A stretch of 64,000 bases of DNA from Candidatus Borrarchaeum weybense (GCA_019057385.1 JAHQJS010000006.1:709038-773037); one strand, 5' to 3'; shown: positions 10,243 through 21,284, numbered from the stretch's first letter. Notes: a model not told the origin generated them from the letters alone. Program-made: numbers and translations.

Positions 10243-10606
10243 TTGTTAACAACAGCTGGGTCGTATAGTATAGCAATATACTTCAACCAAAGAAATACAA
10301 AAGCAAAAGCCCAAGGAAGAAGACTATTGGAACGAGCACAAGTACAATATACATCGTTGATTTTTTTGTTCTATTGCTCATATTCTTACCTCGCATATTC
10401 GTTTTTGAGGATATTATCCAATAATTATCACAAAACACTTTGTAAAAACTATCTCCTTTTCTAACTTAAACAAAGAACATTCTCAAAAACACCACATGTG
10501 TTTCAGAAACTAATGAATGTTTCTTTTTTATTGTGGCAAACTACACGAAAAATGAGATAATATTGGATGTCTTCTTTTTATCTTAGAATATTCGGGAGGT
10601 TTCAAA

Positions 10607-11164
10607 ATAACATGCGCTGAAATCAAGATTAAAGTAAATTTTCACACGTTAATTGGGTATTTTGGTCTTTTCTTCAATATAGTTGGAGTATTTTTGCCTT
10701 GGATGAATGTATTTTATTACGACTATTATTATTACTATTACTATGGCTGGGAATTCATTGGACTTTTCGGTATTGGGATATTATCTGTAATTGGTAGTTT
10801 TCTTGCATTGATTGGCTTACTCAAAAAAGCAAAAGTGCCTTTGGCTATTGGAGGATTGTTAAACATTTACAATGCGGGAGGTGTGATGGCTTTTTTGGCA
10901 TTTTGGTATCTCCCAGAAGTAATAGGCATTGGTGCAATTATTTGCTTGATCGCTGGATTAGTGCTATTAGTTTCTGCGTTCCTGCCGGATGTCACAAGCC
11001 ATCAAACGATGAACTATGAGAGTTATCAAATGTCATCCGTCAGCAACATCGTACCTGGATACAATCGCGTTGAAAACAACTCTACTTCCCTCATGCAGCA
11101 AAACGAATATTCATCATCGCCCCCTCTTATCCGGTACTGTAGGTTCTGTGGAAAGAAATTGTAA
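10607..11164 (+). CDS. Membrane protein with poly-Tyr loop and C-terminal CxxC; probable ATA start
   Basis: The frame of ORF 10694-11164 stays open upstream through a full TM helix to ATA at 10607, 7 nt after GGGAGG. Confidence 0.6.
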   Translation: MTCAEIKIKVNFHTLIGYFGLFFNIVGVFLPWMNVFYYDYYYYYYYGWEFIGLFGIGILSVIGSFLALIGLLKKAKVPLAIGGLLNIYNAGGVMAFLAFWYLPEVIGIGAIICLIAGLVLLVSAFLPDVTSHQTMNYESYQMSSVSNIVPGYNRVENNSTSLMQQNEYSSSPPLIRYCRFCGKKL

Positions 11165-11186
11165 GGTTAGTTGTCAGCTACTGGCC

Positions 11187-13280
11187 TTAACAAAAGTTCA
11201 TTGGTCGCCTATATAGGATATCTTCAATATATGCCCTTAGAGGTTCTGCGACACTCCATGCCTGAGAAATACAACCTCGTGCAAAATGGGGATACTCTCC
11301 GTCAAAGATTTCACTGATGCTACCAAGTCCAGCGTGTCCTATTTGGACAACATAAGGTTCCAAAAATGTCTCTAAGGCAAATTTTCTCCATTGGGGTTTA
11401 TATTTGTTCAATTTGACAAAGGAAGTTATGAATGGTCCCAATAACCAACCCCAGACCGTACCTTGATGATATGAGGAGTCTCTTTTCCATCTATCACCCT
11501 GATATGCTGCGACATATCTTGGATCTTCTGGAGAAAGGCTTCTTAAACCATATGGGGTAAGTAGTTTTTCCCATACCTTATCAAGGATAAGTTTTTGTTT
11601 CTGATAGTCTAAAAGTGGGAAGTCCAGAGAAATTACAAACAGTTGGTTAGGTCGAATAGAGGCATCCTTTTCATCTTTATTTACTACATCGTAAAGACAA
11701 TTAGTTTGTTCGTTCCAAAAAGTCTTCTCAAAATTATTCTTTACTCGATTCGAAAGGGCAGTATAATTGGTTAATGATACACTATCATCTAACCTGCGAG
11801 ATAAATTGTTCATTATTTGCAGAACATTATACCATAGCGCTTGAATTTCAACAGCTTTGCCCTCACGAGGCGTAACGTTCCAGTCGTCAATTCTTGCATC
11901 CATCCATGTTAATTGTGGTCCATGTGAAAGGAGTCCATCTGTTTTGTCCGTTTTTATGTTGAAATCCGCTCCGTCAATGTGAGCCTCCATTATCGACTTT
12001 AGAACTGGCCACAACTCGTTTACAAAATCAAAGTCATTTGTGTATTTTAAATATTGGTAGACTGCATAGATATACCACAGAGTACCATCGACTGTATTAT
12101 ATTCCTCTCCTGACATCACGGTAATTCCTAGATCTAAAAATCGATTTGGGATTAATCCATTTTTACAGTATTTTGCAAACGTAGATAAAATTAGTTGTGC
12201 TTCTTTATATTGCCCTGTGACAAGCAATAATCCAGGTAACGAAATAAACGTATCTCTCCCCCAATCTGAGAACCAATGATAGCCTGCAATAACTGTATTT
12301 CCATTCGTTCTCTTTACAACAAAAGATCTTGCCGCTCTAATCAGCCATTTTAACCAATCTGCTTTAGTCGCATCATCATGTAATTTATAAAATTCATTAA
12401 ATAGTTCTGTTATTTTATATTTTTCAAATTCAAGTAAGGCCTCCCAGTCTGTGTTTTTCTGTATGTTTAGTTGTTTCATAGCAGTTGCTTCAGACTGTGA
12501 AGTATCTGTGGCAAAAGCAATGATATGTACTGTTTCCCATGAGGCAGGTTCTACTTCTATGGAAAAACTTCCTGGAGAGTAATTATCTTCAAGAAAAACT
12601 TCGCCACGGCGTTCTTCAAGAGGATACTTCAGATTTGTGTACCATCTTTGTTTTTCAGGCAAATTACTTTCCTTATAACCACACCAATCTGAGAAAAGAG
12701 ACAAATAGGGTGCATCTTTGTATGTTGCAACAATATTTACATAATTTTCCTCTATTTCTTGTTGAAATTGCCAGTTAATTTCATCTAAACGCGTAATATG
12801 ATGAAAGGATCGTGAATTTATCAACGGATAAACTACAAAACGAAGTTTTTCGTCATCTAAATTCAGAATTCGGTATTGAATGATTGTAGCATTTTTTTGA
12901 TGTATCATGCTAATACTTTTTTGGATAGTTACTCTATTGTTACTAAAAAGACTGCAAGGAAAATGAGCTAGTACAAAATTCTTAAGATGCTTGTAACCTT
13001 CAGGATATATTGTATCTTTGTAAAAATTTGTTGAGAGTTTGAAAACCCTGTTAGCCTGAATTATTTCTTCCTCAAGTTTATTTAAGAGCACTGTCCTTTT
13101 TAATGGGGGTTTCATAGATGCAACAAGCAGTCCATGATATTTTCTAGTATTTGCACCAAGTATAGAAGATGAAGCGTATCCGCCAATAAAATTGGGGACA
13201 ATCCATTCAAAAGAAGAAGCAATTTGCAGAGGGGTCATATCAAATTGCGAGGGGTCATATCTTAACTCTAATCTAGACAT
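11187..13280 (-). CDS. Glycogen debranching enzyme (amylo-alpha-1,6-glucosidase, archaeal type)
   Basis: NTRKYHGLL, AGYHWFSDWGRDTFI, LTWMDA, SYHQGTVW and QAWSVAE motifs. Confidence 0.93.
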   Translation of the reverse strand: MSRLELRYDPSQFDMTPLQIASSFEWIVPNFIGGYASSSILGANTRKYHGLLVASMKPPLKRTVLLNKLEEEIIQANRVFKLSTNFYKDTIYPEGYKHLKNFVLAHFPCSLFSNNRVTIQKSISMIHQKNATIIQYRILNLDDEKLRFVVYPLINSRSFHHITRLDEINWQFQQEIEENYVNIVATYKDAPYLSLFSDWCGYKESNLPEKQRWYTNLKYPLEERRGEVFLEDNYSPGSFSIEVEPASWETVHIIAFATDTSQSEATAMKQLNIQKNTDWEALLEFEKYKITELFNEFYKLHDDATKADWLKWLIRAARSFVVKRTNGNTVIAGYHWFSDWGRDTFISLPGLLLVTGQYKEAQLILSTFAKYCKNGLIPNRFLDLGITVMSGEEYNTVDGTLWYIYAVYQYLKYTNDFDFVNELWPVLKSIMEAHIDGADFNIKTDKTDGLLSHGPQLTWMDARIDDWNVTPREGKAVEIQALWYNVLQIMNNLSRRLDDSVSLTNYTALSNRVKNNFEKTFWNEQTNCLYDVVNKDEKDASIRPNQLFVISLDFPLLDYQKQKLILDKVWEKLLTPYGLRSLSPEDPRYVAAYQGDRWKRDSSYHQGTVWGWLLGPFITSFVKLNKYKPQWRKFALETFLEPYVVQIGHAGLGSISEIFDGEYPHFARGCISQAWSVAEPLRAYIEDILYRRPMNFC

Positions 13281-13330
13281 GATCCGTTACTCTAATTATT
13301 CTCGCATAAATAACTATGCTTCAAGGTAGT

Positions 13331-14092
13331 CTATAAATCTGAAATCATCCACACAAAAAGATTCAGAATTAGCGTATGATTGTCCTCAACACGAAATACT
13401 TGATCATGAAAGAAATTTGGTGTTCCAATAGCTACAACCTTTCCAGTTTTAACCGTAGTGGTGGCGATAATTGGCACATGTGGGATACCTATATCTATCC
13501 AGTCCTCTTTGCCAAAAAATCCAGTCTTATCCGAAAACTCGCTCTTTGATGCATCTCTATTAATGGCTTCAACTGATGCATTATCATCTGAATAGGCTAT
13601 ATTCTTCATTCTTCTAGTTCTGGTGAGCAAACTACAGCCTACAGGATATATTAAGCGTTTCACTCCTAAAGTGACTTGATCTTCAATTATATCTGTGATA
13701 ATCGGCCATGTTACCTTTCCAACATTGTTTTGATCATCAATAACTCTGTCTGATTGGAAAATAATACCGAATTGTTTCCCTAACTCACTTAAATTATTAT
13801 TCCAGTTGAGATCTCCGCCATTTCCACTTATAATCCACAGACAGCCACCATCTTCTACATAATTGATGTATTCTATGATTTGATCAATCGAAAATGGCTT
13901 TTTTGGATGTCCTATTACAACTATGTCAAAATCAGTTAGTTCCATCTCCCCAGAACTTGAATAAAGCTCAAGAGGAAAGAAACTCATCCAAGGTACAGTT
14001 AATAAGTCTCTAAAGGCTGAATAAAAAGGTAATTCTATCTTCAAAGTCTCATAATGCTCTGAAGTGAATAAAACCTTTCGGAATTCGACCAT
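13331..14092 (-). CDS. GIFT (GldG/IFT52-like, DUF4350-like) domain protein without signal peptide
   Basis: DIVVIGHPKKPFS..YVEDGGCLWIISGNGGD..NNLSELGKQFGIIFQSDRVID and GKVVAIG pattern. Confidence 0.65.
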   Translation of the reverse strand: MVEFRKVLFTSEHYETLKIELPFYSAFRDLLTVPWMSFFPLELYSSSGEMELTDFDIVVIGHPKKPFSIDQIIEYINYVEDGGCLWIISGNGGDLNWNNNLSELGKQFGIIFQSDRVIDDQNNVGKVTWPIITDIIEDQVTLGVKRLIYPVGCSLLTRTRRMKNIAYSDDNASVEAINRDASKSEFSDKTGFFGKEDWIDIGIPHVPIIATTTVKTGKVVAIGTPNFFHDQVFRVEDNHTLILNLFVWMISDL

Positions 14093-14136
14093 GCTAGTAC
14101 TTCTCCTTTTCTATGCTAAAACATTTTCAAGATTCT

Positions 14137-14304
14137 TTAATCTGCTTTTCTTGTTTCCTGTCCAGCATCTTCAACTGATTTTACAAGCTCCTCACTTAAA
14201 AACTCCAGTATATCTTCAATAAAATCTTCTAAAGTCTCTTTAACAGTTTCAGATATTAGAATTCGTAATTCATCAGTAGTCAGATCTCTTATCTTCGTCC
14301 CCAT
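14137..14304 (-). CDS. Small antitoxin-like protein (55 aa), possibly frameshifted near its 3' end
   Basis: MGTKIRDLTTDELRILISETVKETLEDFIEDIL.. with AGGTG upstream; below the ORF-track cutoff; no toxin gene adjacent. Confidence 0.5.
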   Translation of the reverse strand: MGTKIRDLTTDELRILISETVKETLEDFIEDILEFLSEELVKSVEDAGQETRKAD

Positions 14305-14424
14305 AAGCGGCACCTTTCTTCTTTTTTTAGAGAAACTTTTCCAATAACGATATGCTTTTTAGTTTAATCAATATAAAAGCATAAACAAAGAAAAGATCAT
14401 TTAATTATTGAGGTTGAAATCATT

Positions 14425-15348
14425 ATGTATGCCGAGGGAGCGCTTGGTGGATTAGCAGAACTTTTACCTCAATTAGCGACTTTTATTATTAAAAAAGGAA
14501 AATCGGTAAACCTTGAAGAACGATCCGAGAAAGAACGCCACATTTTTACTTTCATAAGTCGCTATGATGAAGTTACACCACAAGATATTCTCAAACGTGA
14601 AGAACATGCAGAATTTGGAATTAGGCACGTACCTGCTGAACACATTAAATTCATGATCGATAATTCAGTCGTTTCTGCAATAGAACAGTTGTATAATGCG
14701 GGAACTATTTCTTCAGATTCTGAAGATTTCAAACCAAAACTCAAAGAATTTCGTGGTATTTCTCAGAAACTAGAATACCTTCGATTTTTACCACGTCTTG
14801 ACATGGATGTGTTACGAGAAGAAGGTCGATTAATGGAATTACGCGACAAATCATTAGAAGAAGTTAAACAGTTTAATTTAACTTATGATGGACCTAGTTT
14901 CACAATGGAAAACATACTTGAGTCCGTTTCGGAGTATACAAGTTGGATGCACCTCTTTAGGCTAATTCCTAAACTAGTTGCGAAAGGAGTATCCATCAAA
15001 GACATGATTGAAAAGACACATGAAGTTACTGATAAATCGGTAGATGCACAACCAATTGCCACGCCTGCTGAAAAACTCAAATCGATCGAAAATACTCTTG
15101 AAACAATCCTTCAGGGTTTTGATGAAGGTATTTTTGAATCAGATATTCCTACTGAGGATGTAACTAGATTAATTCAAGAGATCCTTGATATACTTAGAAT
15201 CCAAATGAGCAATCCGACCGATTATATGGAACTCTACGAGGTCTTAGGAAAAGGCGGTTTTCGACATTCTCCACGCTTTAAAAAACTCAATAGCCCAACG
15301 TACCTAGTCGTAAACACACAGTCCGCAAAAGAAGTTTTCTTTTCTTAA
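14425..15348 (+). CDS. Hypothetical protein
   Basis: 307-aa ORF with GAGG upstream; no recognised motif. Confidence 0.75.
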   Translation: MYAEGALGGLAELLPQLATFIIKKGKSVNLEERSEKERHIFTFISRYDEVTPQDILKREEHAEFGIRHVPAEHIKFMIDNSVVSAIEQLYNAGTISSDSEDFKPKLKEFRGISQKLEYLRFLPRLDMDVLREEGRLMELRDKSLEEVKQFNLTYDGPSFTMENILESVSEYTSWMHLFRLIPKLVAKGVSIKDMIEKTHEVTDKSVDAQPIATPAEKLKSIENTLETILQGFDEGIFESDIPTEDVTRLIQEILDILRIQMSNPTDYMELYEVLGKGGFRHSPRFKKLNSPTYLVVNTQSAKEVFFS

Positions 15349-15541
15349 TAACTTTTCTGAATACTAGTTCAAGATTCTAGTTGAAACGCTATTGACTTAG
15401 TAATTTACTTCTTTTGAATAGGGTTTTCATTCTTCCTGAAACTCTTTGAAAAATCTTATTTTCAAGTAGAATTAAGTATATGAACTGGTCTCTTCCGATT
15501 GACTATGATAAAGATATTATGAGTCATCCTCAAATTAAATG

Positions 15542-15742
15542 CTACTTCTCCACTTTCTCTATGAGAGAGGAACCTACTATGAGTGCGATTATCCCTACTG
15601 CCACAACAAACGCTGGATTGGTGCCTGCGAAGAATGGTGACACACCTGCGATATAGCTGACCACTCCTTCAGCCAGCATCAGAGCTCCTAACACGATGAC
15701 GATGATACCTTCCACTAGTCTACCTATACTTTTAATTTCCAT
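15542..15742 (-). CDS. Small 2-TM membrane protein
   Basis: Two hydrophobic segments; likely start MEIKSIG within ORF 15542-15844. Confidence 0.6.
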   Translation of the reverse strand: MEIKSIGRLVEGIIVIVLGALMLAEGVVSYIAGVSPFFAGTNPAFVVAVGIIALIVGSSLIEKVEK

Positions 15743-15885
15743 GAACTCAAAATGAGTCCTTTTGGCTTTATAAAATTGCGTGAAGTTTGTGTCAATAACG
15801 TTCGGTTCTGAGAACGTTTTCCTTAAAAATTCTAATCGAACCATGTTGGAGAATCAGAAAGCCTTACTGCTTTAGCGTGAGGTAG

Positions 15886-18639
15886 TCACTGGTTTTGAAT
15901 TGATAAATGCTTTTCAGGGGACCAAATAAATTTTCCTGCTTCCACAACCAAGATAACAGAAGCACTCACTGCTATGATTATAACCCATTCTGCTAAGGTT
16001 AGCGGTGAGGTGTTGAATAATGGCTGAAGAAAAGGTACATATATGACCGCTAACTGCATTACAATTGAAGAAGCAACTGCTAGAAGTAGCCATGCATTGG
16101 TAAAAGGACCCAGTTTTGTAATAGAATGTTTTTCTGAGCGGCAATTAAATGCATTAAACATTTCGAACATAACTAGCATTGTGAATGCAATTGTCTGAGC
16201 TTTTTGAATTGTTGCCCCGCTGTTTACAGCCCATGTATATACAGGAATGATGCCTATTGTGATTAAAATCGCAACTGAGGCAATTAGCCAAAGAATTCGC
16301 CTAGTAAATACACTTTCAAGTGGATCTCTCGGTGACCGGCGTAATACATCTGGATCTCGTGGATCTATACTTAGTGCCAATGCAGGAAGTCCATCAGTAG
16401 TCAAGTTTATCCACAGAAGTTGAATTGCAATTAAAGGAAGTGGAAGTCCCATTAAGCTAGCAACGAGTAGTAAAAGAATTTCCCCAGCATTGCAACTAAG
16501 TAAATAAGCCAAATATTTCTTAATATTATCAAAAATACCCCTTCCTTCTTCTACTGCAGCTACAATAGTGGCAAAGTTATCATCAGTAAGAATCATATCA
16601 CTAGCTTCTTTTGATACATCAGTGCCGGTAATACCCATTGCTACACCAATATCTGCCATTTTTAATGCAGGTGCATCATTTATTCCATCTCCTGTCATGG
16701 CAGTAATGTGTCCACCCTTCTGTAATGCACGTACTATACGCTGTTTATGTTCAGGTGAAACACGTGCATAAACCGATACTTCTTCTACCATATTTTCAAA
16801 CTCACTATCTGAAAGTTTATCCAGTTCTGAGCCTGTTAAAACAAGATCATTGGATTTTAAAAGATCAACTTCCTTAGCTACTGCCATTGCTGTAAGTTTA
16901 TGATCGCCAGTAATCATTGTCGTCTTGATACCTGCTTGATTGCACTCTTGGATCGCCTGTTTTACTTCCTCTCTTGGCGGGTCTATCATGCCTTCGAGAC
17001 CAATGAAGCAGAAGCCATTTTGTAAATTATCCTCAGAAATATCCTGACTTTTTGATAAATGCTTGTACGCTACCGCTAATACTCTTAAAGCCTCAGAAGC
17101 CATATTTTGATTGGTCTGTAAAATGTTTTTCCTATTTTCTTCATTTAAAGGTATGCTATGACCATTTCCATACACATCCGAACACATATCCAATACAATC
17201 TCGGGAGCACCCTTGAGAAATGCTAGTAAATCGCCATTGGCTTTTGAGTGAACAGTAATCATCCTTTTACTTTCTGAAGTAAAAGGTATTTCCCAAACGC
17301 GTGGATACTGCTTCTTGAGATCTTGTTGCCACAAACCCGCCTTTGCTGCAGCGACTATTAGTGCGATTTCCGTTGGATCACCGAATAATGAAAACTTATC
17401 TTGTGAGGCAGTATCTATTTCAAAGGACGAATTAGCACATAACGCTGCACTTTGAAGCAGAAGAGCAAGGGTCGACCCTTCATTAGGGTTAATTGCCTCG
17501 CCTTGAAACAGAAAGTCTCCTTGCGGATCAAACCCGACTCCCGTTACATCAATTATTTTTGAGTTTGTAAAAATCTTTGAAACGGTCATCTCATTTTTAG
17601 TAAGCGTCCCTGTTTTATCACTACAAATGACCGTAGTACAACCCAGCGTTTCAACGACTGGCAATTTTCGTACAATGGCATGTCTTCGCGCCATTCGCTG
17701 GACACCGACAGTCAAAGCTACTACTACCACTGCGGGGAGCGCTTCTGGAACTGCTGCTACCGCTAATGAAACTGACCAAATAAAAATCTCTACCAAAAGT
17801 GCTTGATTTAAGAGTGCAAACTTGAACCCAGTCTCGTGATAGACAAGTATCAAGGCAACAAAAACGACCACAACAATACAGAGGATTCCCAACCATTTAC
17901 CAATGTAATCAAGTCGTTGTTGAAGAGGCGTTTGCCCTTCTTCGGCGGTTTGGATGAGTTTTGCTATTTTACCAAACTCGGTTTCCATTCCCGTTGCTAC
18001 AACAAGTCCAGTTCCTCTTCCATATGCAACTGAAGTGCCAGAATATGCCATATTTGTCCGATCTGCTAGAGGCATATCCTTCTCAAGAGGTAGTATAGAC
18101 TTGTGGACCGAGACAGATTCACCAGTAAGCGATGCTTCGTCCATCTTGAGGTTAATTGCTTCGATCAGACGAATATCTGCAGGAATTTTGTTTCCCATTT
18201 CGAGAAGAACAATATCGCCAGGAACTACTTCCCTCGAAGGGATTTCTTGAATAATGCCATCACGTCTAACACGCGCAACAGGTGCTGCAATCTGTTTTAA
18301 CGCTTCGATTGCTTTTTCTGCTCTGAATTCTTGTATAAATCCAAGAACAGCTACTGCAATAATAATCGCGAAGATTACTGTTGCGTCAAGTAACTCTCCT
18401 AAAAAAGCAGAAATGGTAACAGCGGCTAGTAAAATAATAATCAAAAAACTCTTGAATTGTTCTGCAAATAGAAGAAAAACGTTTTTTTTCTTTCCTTCTT
18501 CAATTTCATTGTAACCTGTTTGTAGGAGACGTCTTTCTGCATCTTCGCAATCTAAACCATTCGGCTTAGAGTTTAAAACCTCTAAACATTCTTCGACTGA
18601 TGATACGCTGTGATTCACTTGAGACTCTTGTATTTTCAA
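15886..18639 (-). CDS. P-type cation-transporting ATPase (type IIA, Ca2+-like)
   Basis: TGES, VPEALP, DKTGT, KGAPE, GDGINDAP and WINLTTDG motifs. Confidence 0.95.
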   Translation of the reverse strand: MKIQESQVNHSVSSVEECLEVLNSKPNGLDCEDAERRLLQTGYNEIEEGKKKNVFLLFAEQFKSFLIIILLAAVTISAFLGELLDATVIFAIIIAVAVLGFIQEFRAEKAIEALKQIAAPVARVRRDGIIQEIPSREVVPGDIVLLEMGNKIPADIRLIEAINLKMDEASLTGESVSVHKSILPLEKDMPLADRTNMAYSGTSVAYGRGTGLVVATGMETEFGKIAKLIQTAEEGQTPLQQRLDYIGKWLGILCIVVVVFVALILVYHETGFKFALLNQALLVEIFIWSVSLAVAAVPEALPAVVVVALTVGVQRMARRHAIVRKLPVVETLGCTTVICSDKTGTLTKNEMTVSKIFTNSKIIDVTGVGFDPQGDFLFQGEAINPNEGSTLALLLQSAALCANSSFEIDTASQDKFSLFGDPTEIALIVAAAKAGLWQQDLKKQYPRVWEIPFTSESKRMITVHSKANGDLLAFLKGAPEIVLDMCSDVYGNGHSIPLNEENRKNILQTNQNMASEALRVLAVAYKHLSKSQDISEDNLQNGFCFIGLEGMIDPPREEVKQAIQECNQAGIKTTMITGDHKLTAMAVAKEVDLLKSNDLVLTGSELDKLSDSEFENMVEEVSVYARVSPEHKQRIVRALQKGGHITAMTGDGINDAPALKMADIGVAMGITGTDVSKEASDMILTDDNFATIVAAVEEGRGIFDNIKKYLAYLLSCNAGEILLLLVASLMGLPLPLIAIQLLWINLTTDGLPALALSIDPRDPDVLRRSPRDPLESVFTRRILWLIASVAILITIGIIPVYTWAVNSGATIQKAQTIAFTMLVMFEMFNAFNCRSEKHSITKLGPFTNAWLLLAVASSIVMQLAVIYVPFLQPLFNTSPLTLAEWVIIIAVSASVILVVEAGKFIWSPEKHLSIQNQ

Positions 18640-19221
18640 CGATATAGCACCAGAATATCATTATTACTTTCAAGTATTATATGAGAATAATAAATTAGCG
18701 CTTCTAATAAGATGAAACATGGCGCAAAAGAAGTTTGCCAAACTTATTAAAGTTTTTGGAAGCAGATTATCAATCTTCTTCGGATTGACTGTAGGGACTC
18801 TAAAATCACACTTCACGGCCAATTTAACAGCCTCATAGGTTACAAAATTTAATATTCATTTGCATAAATTGTGCAAAAAACACATGTTTCACAATATTTA
18901 TAAATTTTAGCCATCTCGGAGAAAGCTTTTTATATTTGATACCTCTACTATTATGTAGAGTCATCAATTAAATATTGCGGAGAAATTTATGGAAAGTTTT
19001 AAAAATAATGTCGAGACATCAATATTATTATAGAATTGATAATATATCAGAAAAAAAACTATAAAACTCGGACGTGAAAAATAATGAAACTTCCCTGCAA
19101 AAACGTTCCATTAATTTATTGTATCTATGGTATTTGCGATGCATGTACTTATTGTCATAAAACTAATTTAGCCCCCCCAGAACCGCAAACGCAAAGAGTA
19201 GCAACCGCCTAAAAAACTATT

Positions 19222-19242
19222 GGCACGGCTTTAAGCCGTGCC
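19222..19242. repeat. GC-rich perfect hairpin (REP-like)
   Basis: GGCACGGCTT-T-AAGCCGTGCC, 10-bp arms. Confidence 0.6.
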
Positions 19243-19364
19243 TCCTCCCCCTTTACTTCTCTTTTTTCTGCTCATCACTATGTTGAGCCAAACTTAATTT
19301 TGGAATAGTGATAGTATTAACTGTTTTTTCACAATGGATAAGTTTTTATACCGCTTTTATTATG

Positions 19365-19396
19365 TAGATGTCAATATATATAGATCTCAATATATA
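19365..19396 (+). promoter_or_regulatory. Tandem 16-bp direct repeat downstream of the TATA box of the ABC operon (candidate operator)
   Basis: TAGATGTCAATATATA/TAGATCTCAATATATA; TTTTTATA at about 19343-19350. Confidence 0.5.
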
Positions 19397-19473
19397 ACTG
19401 TATAGTGTACTGATTGATTTGGGCAAGACGACAAATATAGTTAAAAATCGTTAAAGTCTTCAATCTAAGTGGG

Positions 19474-20490
19474 ATGGAAATGGCGAAAAATGTTATTGAA
19501 GTGAGAAATCTTACAAAGGTATTTGACAAGACCATAAAGGCTGTAGATCACATAAATTTCGAAGTAGAACAGGGGGAAATTTTTGGATTTCTAGGTCCTA
19601 ACGGGGCTGGAAAGACAACAACAATTTCTATGTTAGCTACGATCCTTAAACCCACTGAAGGAAATGCTACAATTTGTGGTCACGATATTATTAAAGAACC
19701 AGATACCGTTCGGCGATGTATTGGTATTGTCTTTCAAGACCCCAGTCTGGACGATAGGCTTACGGGTCGGGAAAATCTCGACTTTCATGCTAGACTTTAT
19801 CGCATCCAACGGGATTTAAGAAAAAAGAGGATTACAGAAGTTCTTGAGTTAGTAAATTTAACAGAACAAGCTGATCGATTAGTAGAAACTTATTCAGGCG
19901 GAATGAAAAGGAGATTGGAAATCGCGAGGGGACTGATGCATTATCCCCATGTTTTATTTTTAGATGAGCCAACCATAGGCCTAGATCCGCAATCTAGGCG
20001 AGCGATATGGAGTCACATTGAAAGACTAAACAAAGAAGAAGATATTACAATTATGTTGTCGACTCACTACATGGAGGAAGCAGATCATCTCTGTGCCAGA
20101 ATTGCTATAATTGATCATGGACAGATTGTAGCTTGTAACAACCCTATGGCATTGAAAGATGAGCTTGGGGGGGACATCATTCTTTTAAGACCAGTTAATG
20201 GCACTTTAATGGAACATTTACTAGGTCCGTTTCAGGGATTAGAATGGATCAGAAAAATCTCGCCCACCGATGGTATATTTAACCTAGTAGTTGATCAGGG
20301 TGAAAAACGAATCCCGCAAGTATTAGCGATCGCTAAAAATGCAGGGGTTGAAATTGCATCTGTTGGTCTCAACAAACCGACCTTAGACGACGTCTTTTTG
20401 CACTTTACAGGTCGAAGAATCCGCGAAGAACGAGGAGACAGGGCTTCAATGTTTAAAACGATGATGAGGGCTCGTAACCGAAGGAGGTAA
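19474..20490 (+). CDS. ABC-2 exporter ATP-binding protein (DrrA-like)
   Basis: GPNGAGKTT, YSGGM, LFLDEPT and STHY motifs. Confidence 0.95.
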   Translation: MEMAKNVIEVRNLTKVFDKTIKAVDHINFEVEQGEIFGFLGPNGAGKTTTISMLATILKPTEGNATICGHDIIKEPDTVRRCIGIVFQDPSLDDRLTGRENLDFHARLYRIQRDLRKKRITEVLELVNLTEQADRLVETYSGGMKRRLEIARGLMHYPHVLFLDEPTIGLDPQSRRAIWSHIERLNKEEDITIMLSTHYMEEADHLCARIAIIDHGQIVACNNPMALKDELGGDIILLRPVNGTLMEHLLGPFQGLEWIRKISPTDGIFNLVVDQGEKRIPQVLAIAKNAGVEIASVGLNKPTLDDVFLHFTGRRIREERGDRASMFKTMMRARNRRR

Positions 20491-20496
20491 GCAAAA

Positions 20497-21258
20497 ATGA
20501 ATTTTGAGGCAATTTATATAATTTGGCTTCGTGAATTAAAAAGATATTTTCGTGCTAGATCGAATATTGTTGGTTCTTTGGCTCAGAACTTCTTCTGGTT
20601 GGCCATTTTCGGTTTTGGTTTAGGAGCGTCAGTAATGATTCCAGGTACCGGCAATTATATTATATTTTTGGCTCCAGGTATCGTAGGGATGACGTTACTC
20701 TTCTCATCTATATTTTCTGGAATTGGCGTAGTTTGGGATAAACAGTTCGGATTTTTAAAAGAGATCCTAGTAGCGCCTGTGCCGAGATCATCGATAATGC
20801 TCGGCAAGACACTTGGCGGCGCCACAACAGCTACACTACAAGCCTTTATTATGCTCTTGCTGGCGGGACTTCTTGGAGTACCAATATTCACAAATCCGGC
20901 GGGAATATTAATAGCGCTCGGACTTATGTTGATTACAGCATGTGGTTTCGTGGCTTTGGGAGTGGCTATCGCATCGACAATGAAGGATCCTCATGGCTTT
21001 CAACTAATAATGAATTTCATAGTGATGCCTCTTTTCCTCTTATCAGGCGCGTTCTTTCCAGTTACAAATTTACCAAACTGGCTACGTATTATAGTCCTCT
21101 TTGATCCCTTGACTTATGCCGTTGATGGTCTGAGAAATGCAGTGATTGGAAGTGCAGCAGCAGCCTTTCCTTTTACAATCACTGTACCTGTCTTAGTCGG
21201 ATTCATGGTGGCAACGGTGTTACTTGGAAGTCTTCTCTTCCGAAAAACGCAAATTTAA
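20497..21258 (+). CDS. ABC-2 exporter permease (DrrB-like)
   Basis: Six TM helices; FGFLKEILVAP and DPLTYAVDGLR. Confidence 0.93.
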   Translation: MNFEAIYIIWLRELKRYFRARSNIVGSLAQNFFWLAIFGFGLGASVMIPGTGNYIIFLAPGIVGMTLLFSSIFSGIGVVWDKQFGFLKEILVAPVPRSSIMLGKTLGGATTATLQAFIMLLLAGLLGVPIFTNPAGILIALGLMLITACGFVALGVAIASTMKDPHGFQLIMNFIVMPLFLLSGAFFPVTNLPNWLRIIVLFDPLTYAVDGLRNAVIGSAAAAFPFTITVPVLVGFMVATVLLGSLLFRKTQI

Positions 21259-21284
21259 TATACCTTCTGGAAAACTGGGAGGAC

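Noticed and set aside
10714-10745. Poly-Tyr TAT/TAC run as a phase-variable microsatellite
   Set aside because: Mixed codons in a triplet repeat would not shift the frame; more likely a low-complexity loop.
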